This document shows, in pieces, positions 26,409-36,305 of a stretch of 53,337 bases of DNA. The notes under the pieces are model-generated. The model was not told where the DNA came from, searched no databases, and saw only the letters and a list, made by a program, of their open reading frames with translations. The position numbers and the translations under genes were made by a program. The stretch covers positions 1 to 53,337 of the forward strand of contig JBBSXO010000004.1 of assembly GCA_038045705.1 (NCBI GenBank), given 5' to 3'. This DNA comes from Nanobdellota archaeon (GTDB taxonomy: Archaea; Nanobdellota; Nanobdellia; Pacearchaeales; GW2011-AR1). Each line of letters opens with the position of its first letter. Positions within the stretch are counted from its first letter, which is position 1.

Positions 26409-28663
26409 ACCTTCTTAACAGTATTCATCAACCAACTCTTCCATTCAGGAAATACTCTTTCAGAAACGGGTAAACCAACTTCACGAGTTATCTTCTCACT
26501 TATTCTATGAAACATATCATTGCTTAAAGCATTAAACTTACTCTCCATCAGAGCAGGCATTTGCATCTTTTTAGAAACATCAACAATCTCTTGTTTTATC
26601 TTTCCCCTAAGTAAAATATTATCCCACACGGCATCCCAGTTTCCAGCCCATCCTTTAACGGTTCCAGCAATTTCTTTTATAATTTCAGAGTCTCCGTTCA
26701 TCAAATCATCAGTAGGCTCAAGCTCATCTTTTTCAACATTATATCTTACAAGATCAACAAATCCTTTTTCATCTTGGGGATCTTTAGTCCAATGTTTCCT
26801 AACTTCAGTAAGTTGGGTAACTCTCTTTTTATAATGGAGTCCGTCAGGAGTCCTTATTGGATTAGCAACAACAATAATATCAGTTGCCTTAAAACTTGTA
26901 ACAGGAACTCCTAAATCATTTACAACTCTGTCAAAGACACCATATGGATTAGCACCATGAATTGTTCCAGCAACTAAATTTGCCAAGGCTCCAACTCTCA
27001 TTGCTTCATAAAGCGCTTTTGCTTCAGAACTTCTAACTTCTCCTACTATTAAAGCAGAGTCTCCTAAACGCAAACTAGCTCTAATACCTTCAGAAGCCTC
27101 AACTTCAGTAGTAGCTTCTAGCAAGGCACTTCTAACTTTCATCCTCTGGATATTGTAACCTAACTTACGTAAAGAATCGACAGGCAATTCAAGCGTATCT
27201 TCAATAACAATTGTCCTAACAGATGGAATAACTTCAAGCATTGCGCTTCCAAGAAGAGAAGTCTTACCACTAGATCTAGTGCCTGCAATCAACATAGTTC
27301 TATTTCCATCAATCAAAAAACTAAGCAGTCCAGCAGTAAACGAGTTAATCATCTTATTATTTACAAAAAGTGGTAACGTCCAAGGATCCTCCCTATGTCT
27401 ACGTAAAGCATAAGCAATACCATTAGGAGATAATGGTCTTTGAATGGCCGCAACTCTAGCACGAACATTTCCAAAGAAAATATCGGTATCTAATATTGGG
27501 TTAGCCTCATCTAATGGCCTTCCACTTTGTAAACGTAGTTTAGAAGCCCATGAATCCGCATCTTCATATGAAGGCAATATATTTGTAACACAATCTCCAT
27601 GCTTTGCATGCCTTACAAAAATATAATTTTGACCAATAGGAGAGTTCAAAAAAATATCTTGTAAATTATCATCAAATAACAAAACCTCTATAAGTCCAAA
27701 GCCTATTGTCTGCCTAACAAGTATTTTAGCAAGAGCATTTAATTCGCGATAGTTTAAAGGAATTCTCTTATTTTGAGATAACTCTGATAATAAGTCTCTT
27801 GCTACATTAAAAAATAAAGAACGTACTTTTTCAGAATCAACAAATTCTTCAGATTTAGGCTGATATTCAAGTAAAACATTCTTACCCAAATTCAACAAAT
27901 AGTGATGTTCTTCGCTAAGAGAATATTCAGGAGGAGTAATATGATAGAGATATTTTGAATCCCCTTCAATTTTCAAAACAATTACGGGAACATCCTCAAA
28001 CCCAGAATGAACTTCGTACTGATCAATTAACTCCGCATTTTCTGGAATTTGTGAAACTAATCTTGTAAAAGTAAAATTAGGTAATATATCGGGTCTAAAC
28101 AGGGAATAGTAAATCTTCCTATCTCCGACAGCATAAGTATCTATTACATCTATCGAAGAGGATATCAATTTAGTTTTCATAAGCATATCCCTAAAGCGCA
28201 AAAGCAAATTAACATATCCCTCAAGATGAGAATTTTTAGATTCATTTCTCTTATATAAAGAAATTCTTTTAGAGATCTCAAGATAACAAGAAGCAGGATC
28301 TTGCCTTAAAAGACTAAGCAAATAGCTTAGTTCTGCTGGGACAAAGTCTAATCCTGCAAATAAACCAAGCTTATCAGAAGAAAGTATCCTTTCTTGTTTT
28401 AACAAATAAGTATACAATTGAGATATTTCTAGTAACAATGAAACTTGTTCAAAAGGATAATTATAATTTCTCTGTTGAACTAAAATAACCCTTGAGACTT
28501 CAGGATTATCCATTAAAGCATCAATGACCCTTCCCATGACCTCGGCAGAATCGGCAACAGAAGGAACTATTGAAGCACCCAGATAATTAATGTATAATAT
28601 AGTTTCCCCCTCTTTTCTCTGAAGTTCAGTAGAATATACTGGAGAGTTTAGTTTAAACACCAT
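26405..28663 (-). CDS. Type II/IV secretion (pilus assembly) ATPase with long N-terminal extension
   Basis: GFGLIEVLL.DD.LQDI, Walker A AGTRSSGKTS, IEDTLEL, LRLGDSALIVGEVRS.EA, GTIHG. Confidence 0.93.
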   Translation of the reverse strand: MVFKLNSPVYSTELQRKEGETILYINYLGASIVPSVADSAEVMGRVIDALMDNPEVSRVILVQQRNYNYPFEQVSLLLEISQLYTYLLKQERILSSDKLGLFAGLDFVPAELSYLLSLLRQDPASCYLEISKRISLYKRNESKNSHLEGYVNLLLRFRDMLMKTKLISSSIDVIDTYAVGDRKIYYSLFRPDILPNFTFTRLVSQIPENAELIDQYEVHSGFEDVPVIVLKIEGDSKYLYHITPPEYSLSEEHHYLLNLGKNVLLEYQPKSEEFVDSEKVRSLFFNVARDLLSELSQNKRIPLNYRELNALAKILVRQTIGFGLIEVLLFDDNLQDIFLNSPIGQNYIFVRHAKHGDCVTNILPSYEDADSWASKLRLQSGRPLDEANPILDTDIFFGNVRARVAAIQRPLSPNGIAYALRRHREDPWTLPLFVNNKMINSFTAGLLSFLIDGNRTMLIAGTRSSGKTSLLGSAMLEVIPSVRTIVIEDTLELPVDSLRKLGYNIQRMKVRSALLEATTEVEASEGIRASLRLGDSALIVGEVRSSEAKALYEAMRVGALANLVAGTIHGANPYGVFDRVVNDLGVPVTSFKATDIIVVANPIRTPDGLHYKKRVTQLTEVRKHWTKDPQDEKGFVDLVRYNVEKDELEPTDDLMNGDSEIIKEIAGTVKGWAGNWDAVWDNILLRGKIKQEIVDVSKKMQMPALMESKFNALSNDMFHRISEKITREVGLPVSERVFPEWKSWLMNTVKKV

Positions 28664-29068
28664 AAAAATAAAAAAGGTTCTCTTGTTAAATAGTTATTGA
28701 TATCTATTTTTTTGATTTTATTTGAATTCTAAAGTTTCTAAATATGAAGAAAGATATTAATAATGATTGCCACATATCTATCAGATGAGCATTTCTGTTG
28801 ATATTCCTATTTCTGATTTGAAGAGAGCGATTTGTCATTTGGAGACTTTTTATAGGTATCAACGAGGTCTCCAATTGAGCGATTCAGAAATTGCGATGCT
28901 AGTAGAAACGTTCAAAATCTCCTCAGAAGAACTGACTACTCCCGGATAAATCATTTGATTGAAGCTTGTGAAAAATCTAAAAGAGGAATAAACTACGATT
29001 TGAGAATTAATGTATAATTTAGAAACTTTTTAATAAAACTTATTGGCAATGTTTGAATTAGATTTTTT

Positions 29069-29380
29069 TTATTTTTTACTGGCTAAATTAATTTCTTTTA
29101 CAAGATCTTCTATTGTATTATAGGTAGTTGGTCTCATTACCCCTGAGAAATCTGAAGTAACTACGGGGGATTTTGTGATCACACAAGCTTTTCCACCAGG
29201 ATCATAACAGATACATGGGATAAATTCCATCCAATGACATTCATCTCTTGTTCTTTCATGATAAACTCCTATAATTAATTCAGTTTCAATTCTATATGTT
29301 ACAAGATTACCTTCATGTCCTACAAAATGAGATTTTTTGTCTTTTCTGCCAGGTAATTCAAATGGTCTAGGTGATTCCAT
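29069..29380 (-). CDS. Hypothetical protein
   Basis: 103-aa ORF with a TTTAAAAA box about 23-30 nt upstream; no recognised motif. Confidence 0.6.
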   Translation of the reverse strand: MESPRPFELPGRKDKKSHFVGHEGNLVTYRIETELIIGVYHERTRDECHWMEFIPCICYDPGGKACVITKSPVVTSDFSGVMRPTTYNTIEDLVKEINLASKK

Positions 29381-29430
29381 GAAAGAACTTCAAAGGAACC
29401 ATTTTTAAATGTTTCCGATTACTTACTTCT

Positions 29431-30336
29431 ATGCCCATAAATGCAGGATATGAATATTTTAATGCAGAGAAGAAATATCTAGCTGCGCAGACACTTGATG
29501 AGAGGATTATTGCTTTAAGAGAATTAATTAAGGCCGCCCCTAAACATAAGAGTTCTGAAAACTTACTTGCTGAACTTAAAACTAGGCTTAAAAAATTTCT
29601 TGAAAAATCTGAAAAGTCTGCAAGTGTTGGAAAAGGCAAAAAAGGAATAAGAAAAGAAGGTTTTCAAGTAATTCTTGTAGGACTATCTAATTCTGGTAAG
29701 TCTATGTTGTTAAGCAGGTTAACTAATGCCCTACCTGTTGTATCTTCTTCTCCTTATACTACGAGATTGCCAAATGTTGGCACTATGAATTATGAAGGTG
29801 TTTATGTTCAAGTGGTAGATTTACCAGCAATTCTTGGAAAAGATTTTGATATGAGTATATTACATACTGCAGACTTAGTTCTTACTGTACTAGAAAAAAT
29901 TGAAGATTTAAAATTATTTGAAAAAGTTCTCGAACATTGTAGAGGGAAAAGACTGATTGTAATAAATAAAGTTGATTTACTTGACTCGGATTCTATTCGA
30001 AAACTTGACGCTCGTCTCAAATCAAATAAGTTAGATTTTGTTTTGATTTCTGCTCTTAAAAATATTGGAATTGATATATTAAAGAATAAGATACTTCTTT
30101 CTATGGATATAATCAGAGTATTTACTAAAGAACCTGGAAAGCAACCTTCGAAGCAACCTATTGTTTTGTCTGAAAAAAGAACTGTTAAAGATGCTGCTGA
30201 ATCTATCTATAAAGGCTTTTCAAAGATAATTGTTGAGACAAAACTTACCGGACCTAGTGGTAAGTTTGCAAACCAAAGAGTAGGGTTAAGTCATGTTCTA
30301 AAAGACAGGGATGTCTTGGAATTTAAAACAAGATAA
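29431..30336 (+). CDS. DRG/OBG-family GTPase with TGS domain
   Basis: APKHKSSE, GLSNSGKS, PYTT, DLPA, NKVD, SA, IRVFTKEPG, QRVGLSHVLKDRDVLE. Confidence 0.92.
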   Translation: MPINAGYEYFNAEKKYLAAQTLDERIIALRELIKAAPKHKSSENLLAELKTRLKKFLEKSEKSASVGKGKKGIRKEGFQVILVGLSNSGKSMLLSRLTNALPVVSSSPYTTRLPNVGTMNYEGVYVQVVDLPAILGKDFDMSILHTADLVLTVLEKIEDLKLFEKVLEHCRGKRLIVINKVDLLDSDSIRKLDARLKSNKLDFVLISALKNIGIDILKNKILLSMDIIRVFTKEPGKQPSKQPIVLSEKRTVKDAAESIYKGFSKIIVETKLTGPSGKFANQRVGLSHVLKDRDVLEFKTR

Positions 30337-30344
30337 AAAAATAA

Positions 30345-31619
30345 TTATCTTCTTCTTTTTATCATTACTGTTATAGCTATAACTACTACAATTAATGCAA
30401 TTACTCCAATTATCCATCCAGCACTTGAAGATTCTGTTTCATTTACTCCCTCTCCTTGAGCAGATGAACCTACACCTGTGTTTGGCTCTTGAGATCCTTG
30501 AGTTGTTTCAGGACTTAAACCAGCACTACCACTACCAGAAGAGCTTCCTGAAGAACTCCCTCCAGAAGACGAGCCTCCACTAGATCTCCCACCAGATCCT
30601 GAAGATTGCACTTCATATGTCGTTGTTGTTGAAGCAGTGTTCCCTGCTTTATCTTGGGTAGAGCAACTTGTTTGGAAACTTGAACCTGTTTGAGTAGTTG
30701 ATGGATTAGCTGTGAAAGAAACACCACTTGATCCATAAGATGCATTTAATCCTGAAAGCGAGTCTGTAGCACTGCAGGTACAAGTAATTGTTTCTTGTTC
30801 AACTACAGGGTTAGGAGTACAAGTGAATGAAGATATTGATGGAGGCGTGTTATCAAAAGTTACTCTTTGTACTACGGCACTATTATTCAAGTTTCCTAAA
30901 GTATCATTCGCATAAATTGTTAGGTTATATTCTCCATCGGGGAATTGAGAAGTATTCAAATTTGCAACTACGAAATTATCTGTACTTCCTTCCCTTGTAG
31001 CTATAAATGTGCCATTCTGTCCACCAGAAGAGTTTGTAATATTGATAATCACACTTTGAACACCGATGGTAGCATCAAAAATACTAACATTTATGGTATG
31101 GTTGCTACCTCTTGCATTTGTGGAAAGATTAGCTCCTTGAGAAAATGGATTTGAGAAATTTGCTGAATTTGCTTGAGGAGGCGTTGCATCAATGAATATT
31201 CCATGAGTAAGATTTGCAGTATGAGCTACGGATATAGAAGCAGAAGCGTTATATATCGTTGCGTTTAAGCTATAAACACCGTCTGCTACTGTAGCATTTA
31301 GGTTAATTGCACATGAAGACAATCCTGCTTTAACGTTGCATCCTGTAGCTGTAGTATTTCCTACTTTTGTCCATGTTCCACTAATGTTAAAGAAAAATGT
31401 TGCATTTAAAGCGTTTGGAATATCCGTTGTGTTATCGAAAGAAACGTTAAACGCCCTATTTAATACAGAAGTCATATTTGTTCCTGAAGCAGAAGAAATT
31501 ATTCTTACATTATCTCCGGCAGCAGCCATTACTAGCCATGCAAAAATAGACGCAAAAATAATTAATCCTGAGAAGAATATGATTTTACTTTTTATTTTGT
31601 CTCTCTTCATCATCATCAA
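30345..31619 (-). CDS. Surface glycoprotein with Ig-like domains, Ser/Gly linker and C-terminal TM anchor (paralog A)
   Basis: Signal peptide, many NxS/T sequons, DG.Y.L, D..GN and DNTPP motifs, poly-S/G linker, WIIGVIALIVVVIAITVMIKRRR. Confidence 0.85.
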   Translation of the reverse strand: MMMMKRDKIKSKIIFFSGLIIFASIFAWLVMAAAGDNVRIISSASGTNMTSVLNRAFNVSFDNTTDIPNALNATFFFNISGTWTKVGNTTATGCNVKAGLSSCAINLNATVADGVYSLNATIYNASASISVAHTANLTHGIFIDATPPQANSANFSNPFSQGANLSTNARGSNHTINVSIFDATIGVQSVIINITNSSGGQNGTFIATREGSTDNFVVANLNTSQFPDGEYNLTIYANDTLGNLNNSAVVQRVTFDNTPPSISSFTCTPNPVVEQETITCTCSATDSLSGLNASYGSSGVSFTANPSTTQTGSSFQTSCSTQDKAGNTASTTTTYEVQSSGSGGRSSGGSSSGGSSSGSSSGSGSAGLSPETTQGSQEPNTGVGSSAQGEGVNETESSSAGWIIGVIALIVVVIAITVMIKRRR

Positions 31620-31638
31620 TAGGGTAAATGTTAGATTG

Positions 31639-32883
31639 TTATTTAAATCTTTTGGTAATCTTTTTTCTTATTAATATAAATAATACTATTACTAGTCCTA
31701 TCCCTAATATTACTAATGATATCTTCCAATAATTAATTTTTATTTTATTTTTTTCATCTTGATTTTCCTGGTTTCCCTGGAGTGAATTTGCATTTCCGGT
31801 TGACGAGTTCTGGGAATTGTTATTTGAAGTTGAATTTGTTGAACTTGAAGATGATCCTCCACTGGAGGATCCTCCTGAACTTCCTCCAGAGCTTGAAGAC
31901 CCAGAGATGCCTGTTACATTATAATAGCGTATAGATGTATTTAGGTTTCCTGCTTTGTCTAATGCAGTACATGTTGTTTGTCGATTATTTCCAGTATTAG
32001 ATGTCGATGGGCTTGATGTATAAGAGACTCCACTAGTTCCATAAGAAGTATTTAATCCTGAAAGTGAGTCTGTAGCACTGCAAGTACAATCCATTTCATC
32101 ATCTTCTTCTACAATGTAATCATCACAACTGTGAGTTATAGATGGGAGAGTATTATCAAACAATAACTGGTAGACTCTTGCAGAGTTGTTTAAATTTCCA
32201 AGAGAATCGTTAATATACGCGGTTATGTTAATCGAACCTTCAACATAATGTGATGTGTTTATTGTGGTTACATAGTTTGATGTTGAGCCTTCTCTTGTTG
32301 CAGTTACAGTTGCATTTTGCCCGCCTGAAGAATTAGTTATATTAAACATTACAGTTTGAACACCTAATGTCTCGTCTATTGCCGAGATGTTTATTACTAG
32401 TAATTGAGAATAATTTCTTCCTGTTGCTACACTTGAGAAGTTTTGTGCAAAAATAATTGGTCTTGTTGAGTCAAGATATATAGAATTGCTTAAATTTCCA
32501 ATGTGACTTACAGATATTCTTGCAGAACTTGTTGCATTGTATATTGTCGCATTTATGCTGTAAACTCCATCTGGAATGGAGTTGTTAGTCACAAGGACTG
32601 CACACGAAGAGGTTGTTGCTCCTACCTGACAACCTCCTGTTGCTGAAGTATTTCCCATTATAGTCCAAACTCCACTTATGTTTAGAAAGAATGTTGCGTT
32701 AGCCGGTTGAGTAATATCACTACCATTTACAAAAGTTATATTAAATAATACATTCGTGAAATTTGTGTAATTAGTTCCAGATACTGGAGATACTATTTTT
32801 AGACCATCGCCCGCAACTGCTAAGACTATATAAGCCAATAATATTATTGCTACTATTGTGAGTAATAAAATCTTGTTTTTCAT
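31639..32883 (-). CDS. Surface glycoprotein with Ig-like domains, Ser/Gly linker and C-terminal TM anchor (paralog B)
   Basis: Colinear with 30345..31619: NATFF.NISG.WT..GNT, ATIYNA, TNSSGGQN, ATREGST, LGNLNNSA, CTCSATDSLSGLN, DKAGN. Confidence 0.85.
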   Translation of the reverse strand: MKNKILLLTIVAIILLAYIVLAVAGDGLKIVSPVSGTNYTNFTNVLFNITFVNGSDITQPANATFFLNISGVWTIMGNTSATGGCQVGATTSSCAVLVTNNSIPDGVYSINATIYNATSSARISVSHIGNLSNSIYLDSTRPIIFAQNFSSVATGRNYSQLLVINISAIDETLGVQTVMFNITNSSGGQNATVTATREGSTSNYVTTINTSHYVEGSINITAYINDSLGNLNNSARVYQLLFDNTLPSITHSCDDYIVEEDDEMDCTCSATDSLSGLNTSYGTSGVSYTSSPSTSNTGNNRQTTCTALDKAGNLNTSIRYYNVTGISGSSSSGGSSGGSSSGGSSSSSTNSTSNNNSQNSSTGNANSLQGNQENQDEKNKIKINYWKISLVILGIGLVIVLFILIRKKITKRFK

Positions 32884-32888
32884 CGTCT

Positions 32889-33845
32889 CTATGCTAAATT
32901 GTTACGAATTGGCTTTATAATTTCTTCTAAACATTGTACTGTTGAATTCTTTAGATCTAATGGATGAAGCGAGCCTTTTTTGTAATCTGCTTCTAATTCA
33001 TCGTAACTATTATAATCTTTATCTCCTCCAAATTTTATTGGTCTTTTTATTTTAGCTATTTTAAATATTGGAAAAACTATAAGCTTATTTATTTGAAGTA
33101 TAGGATTCTCTTTTATTTCTTTTTCAGGACAGTAAGCTTCAGATATTGATTTTTTTATTTCTTCATAATTATCTGTTAATGAAATTCCACTTCCAGGTAT
33201 AGATTTTGACATTTTTTTACCTGGCCCACTTAGAGATGTTATTAATGGTGTATGCATAGCTATGAATTTGTGGTTTGTAGTATTTTCAATGTCTTTTCCA
33301 AGCATATGTATTTTTCTTTGTTCTAAACCTCCTAGAGCTATGTCTACGCCTAAATATTTTATATCTACTACTTGCATTAAAGGATACCACAATTGAGAAA
33401 TTGTTGCATTTTCTATATCTCTTGCTACTTCTTGCATACTTCTTAGTCCTCTGTTAATGGACATAGATTGTGATGCTTTCATTACATCAAGTTGATATTC
33501 TTTAGAAAACTGAAAACTGCTTCCTAAAATTACTTCTGCTTTTATTCCTATTGATTTTATTGTTTTTTTCCAAGATTCTATTTCTTTTTTTATAGATTCT
33601 TCTGATTTTCTATTTAACATTGCATGTATATCGGCTAGTAAGATTATTACTTTGAAACCTGCTTTTTCTAAATCCATCAGTTTGGTTATTGTAACAAAAT
33701 GTCCTAAATGCATCGGTCCATTGGGTTCATATCCACAATACACAACTGGTCTCTTTTTTTCATCTAGAATTTTTGATAACTCTTCTTCAGTAACTATCTC
33801 TTCAGTATTTCTCTTTATTAGACTTAATTTTTCTTTAAGATTCAT
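32889..33845 (-). CDS. tyrS: Tyrosyl-tRNA synthetase (archaeal type)
   Basis: YCGYEPNGPMHLGH, ADIHA, YPLMQVVD, GGLEQRKIH, KMSKS, LHPLDLK. Confidence 0.97.
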   Translation of the reverse strand: MNLKEKLSLIKRNTEEIVTEEELSKILDEKKRPVVYCGYEPNGPMHLGHFVTITKLMDLEKAGFKVIILLADIHAMLNRKSEESIKKEIESWKKTIKSIGIKAEVILGSSFQFSKEYQLDVMKASQSMSINRGLRSMQEVARDIENATISQLWYPLMQVVDIKYLGVDIALGGLEQRKIHMLGKDIENTTNHKFIAMHTPLITSLSGPGKKMSKSIPGSGISLTDNYEEIKKSISEAYCPEKEIKENPILQINKLIVFPIFKIAKIKRPIKFGGDKDYNSYDELEADYKKGSLHPLDLKNSTVQCLEEIIKPIRNNLA

Positions 33846-33892
33846 ATTTTTGATCAGCGAAAGGTTAATTTAAAGGTTATTATTGTTATTTT

Positions 33893-34198
33893 GTGCGAAA
33901 ACTTGCTTTTGTGATAGGAATTATAGGATTGGGGTTTTTAGTTGGCTTTTTATTAAATGAACCTTTTTATGTTGAAAGTCTTGATGGGTTGATTGTTGGA
34001 GATATTGTTAAAATTCAAGGAATTGTTGATGAACAAAGAAGATTTGGCAATGGCAAACTTTTGACTATAAGAAATATATCTGTTTTTTGTGAATGTATGG
34101 ATGATTATGCTGGTTTAGACGTTGTTGTTTCAGGGATAGTTGAAAAATTTCCTCAAGACTTACGTGTGAAAGCATTTAGTGTTCAAATTCTTGATTGA
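33893..34198 (+). CDS. Small membrane-anchored OB-fold-like protein
   Basis: N-terminal TM followed by GDIVKIQGIV...VVVSGIVE beta pattern; fills the gap between tyrS and the ERCC4 gene. Confidence 0.65.
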   Translation: MRKLAFVIGIIGLGFLVGFLLNEPFYVESLDGLIVGDIVKIQGIVDEQRRFGNGKLLTIRNISVFCECMDDYAGLDVVVSGIVEKFPQDLRVKAFSVQILD

Positions 34199-34835
34199 AT
34201 AAATTGTATATTTCTTCTGCTTGTTTTCCAATTATTTTTTCAAGAATTTCTTTTGATGCGTTTGCTACATCCTTCAAATTTTTGAAGTTATCCATTATTT
34301 CTTTTGTTTTTACTGGACCAATTCCCGGAAAGCCTTCTAAGATGAATCTTATTTGTTCTTCTTTTGAAAATTGTCTTTTTAGGGGTCTTATTGATTCTTT
34401 TTTGCTTTGTTTTTTATTTGCTAAAATTGTTAAGTATTTTGCAGTATCTTTTTCATTTTTTGTATAGATTATTGGAACCTTAAATTTTAAGGCAATGCTA
34501 AGTAGAAATCCCTTGATTGCATTTTCATGCATATTTATTTGACTACTATCTTGTTCTAAAATTAATAAAGAATTTTGATATTGTTTTAAATTTTCTAATT
34601 GAGAGAATATTCTTTTATCAATTATTGAACTTGCTAAATCGCTTTGTGTTTTTCTTTCTATTGCAATGTTATTTATTATATAATCTGCTATGTCTAGTTG
34701 TTCAAATTGAACTTTATTGCCTAAGCTAATCAATTCACTTATTACTAAGGAGTTTTTTTCTCTATGGTCTGCAATTATTGTTTGAGATTCTTTTTGTTTT
34801 ATTTTTTTATTTGAGAATATGTTGAAAAAAGTCAT
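34176..34835 (-). CDS. ERCC4/XPF structure-specific nuclease with HhH (Hef nuclease half)
   Basis: IADHRE, ADY, IERKTQSDLASSIIDKRIFSQ, FPGIGP. Confidence 0.92.
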   Translation of the reverse strand: MTFFNIFSNKKIKQKESQTIIADHREKNSLVISELISLGNKVQFEQLDIADYIINNIAIERKTQSDLASSIIDKRIFSQLENLKQYQNSLLILEQDSSQINMHENAIKGFLLSIALKFKVPIIYTKNEKDTAKYLTILANKKQSKKESIRPLKRQFSKEEQIRFILEGFPGIGPVKTKEIMDNFKNLKDVANASKEILEKIIGKQAEEIYNLFNQEFEH

Positions 34836-34938
34836 GTTATTTTAATGAAGTATGATATTTTTCTATTTATGTTATGTCTTTATAGGAGTTACAATACTAA
34901 TATTTAAATACCTAAATATTGTTTAAAAATTGAGCAAA

Positions 34939-35877
34939 ATGGGAGTAACAAGAAGAAGATTTTTAGGAGCAAGCATAGGAATGGTAGGTGGAGCCATGAT
35001 AGGGAGAGCATTAGGGTCAGCCTTAGAAGGGATTTTTGGAGTAGCAGATGAAGTTGCAAGAGATTTTACTGTAATCTATAAATTCGAAAAAAATGATAGA
35101 GCTTATTTAGATAAAATATCAAAAGATCTTCCTATTGATACCCTCCAAACTTATCAAGCTAACCTAGATGGAAAAAATCAGTTATATCAAGGTGCTTGGG
35201 ATTATATCGAAAGCCTTCAAAGACAAGCATTGAAATTGCCTGGTGCTGAGTCAAAGCCAGTCAAAAAAGCAACAGGTCTTAAAGATAGAATTTTTGAATG
35301 GACAAAAGGCAAACTTGGGGAAAAGAGTGCTAAAGAAGCACAAATTCAAGTACAAGAAGATTACATAGACAATTACAATAATCTAGCTAGATTGAGAGCA
35401 AGCTTAATGGAAAGGATCAATGATATAGAATATAGTCTTAATGAAACAGCTTATAAAATTTTAGCCAATGAACATAATACTCATGATAAAGATAGAATAG
35501 CAAGATCTGAATTAATAGATGGATTATTCTCTCAACATAATGTCTCTTTTGATTTACTTAGACAATTTAGAAATTTGACTCCTGAACAAGTTTTAGAAGG
35601 AATAAGAAATGAAAAATATCTAGATGCAATTCAAAAAGCAACAGAATATGGGATCAAACCATATGAACCTCATGGATTTCTTACAAGAAATGTTGCGCTA
35701 GTATCTACATTAGGGGTAGCAGTAGCTGGAGCTGTGACAGGGGGTATTGTTGGTAACAAAGCAGGCTATACTGTTTCAAGAGTAGCTCAAGCAGGTAAAG
35801 ATCTCACAAGTTATGTTGCTAAAATGACAAGAAGGATTGTAAATATATTGCCTAAAAAAAGAGGCCGAAAAACATAA
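34939..35877 (+). CDS. Hypothetical protein with Tat-like N-terminus, coiled-coil core and glycine-zipper helices
   Basis: MGVTRRRFLGASIGMVGGAMIG; C-terminal LGVAVAGAVTGGIVG and basic tail; TTTAAATA box upstream; ATG 34939. Confidence 0.75.
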   Translation: MGVTRRRFLGASIGMVGGAMIGRALGSALEGIFGVADEVARDFTVIYKFEKNDRAYLDKISKDLPIDTLQTYQANLDGKNQLYQGAWDYIESLQRQALKLPGAESKPVKKATGLKDRIFEWTKGKLGEKSAKEAQIQVQEDYIDNYNNLARLRASLMERINDIEYSLNETAYKILANEHNTHDKDRIARSELIDGLFSQHNVSFDLLRQFRNLTPEQVLEGIRNEKYLDAIQKATEYGIKPYEPHGFLTRNVALVSTLGVAVAGAVTGGIVGNKAGYTVSRVAQAGKDLTSYVAKMTRRIVNILPKKRGRKT

Positions 35878-35901
35878 ATAGAGTACAGAGTTAACAAAAA
35901 A

Positions 35902-36297
35902 ATGACTGAAGATAGCATAATAAAAATAACTATCCATAAAGCATTAACTTGCAATGCAGATGAAAATGTAAAAGAGATTGCAAAAAAACTTAAAGATAGC
36001 AAAGATAGAAGAATTTTTGTCGTAGACAAGCAGGATAAACTTATAGGAATTATAACAACTACAGACCTTGTTTATAAGACTCTTTGCGATAGGGAAAAAT
36101 CAAGTGAGATGAAAGCGTCTGACGTAATGGTTAATGAAGTAAAAGCTGTTGATTTGAGTGAAGATTTCGAAAAAGCTCTGGAAATAATGAATGAATTAAA
36201 GACATTTACTTGCCCCGTTACAGATAAAGAAAAAATGGTTGGAGTAATCTCATATCATGAACTCGTTAATTATATTTTTACCAGCTTACAAAAATAA
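35902..36297 (+). CDS. Stand-alone CBS-pair protein
   Basis: VVDKQDKLIGIITTTDLV, ASDVM, CPVTDKEKMVGVISYHEL. Confidence 0.9.
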   Translation: MTEDSIIKITIHKALTCNADENVKEIAKKLKDSKDRRIFVVDKQDKLIGIITTTDLVYKTLCDREKSSEMKASDVMVNEVKAVDLSEDFEKALEIMNELKTFTCPVTDKEKMVGVISYHELVNYIFTSLQK

Positions 36298-36305
36298 TTT
36301 AAAAC

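Noticed and set aside
17496-28663. Archaellum operon
   Set aside because: No recognisable archaellin, FlaH, FlaF or FlaG; the organisation fits a pilus.
28767-28949. 60-aa ORF (or 54 aa from ATG 28785)
   Set aside because: No motif and it sits at the putative inversion junction; could be a remnant, but support is insufficient.
30520-31900. Ser/Gly-coding low-complexity tracts as DNA repeats or DGR variable regions
   Set aside because: They are ordinary protein linkers; no reverse transcriptase or adenine-specific template/variable repeat pair was seen.
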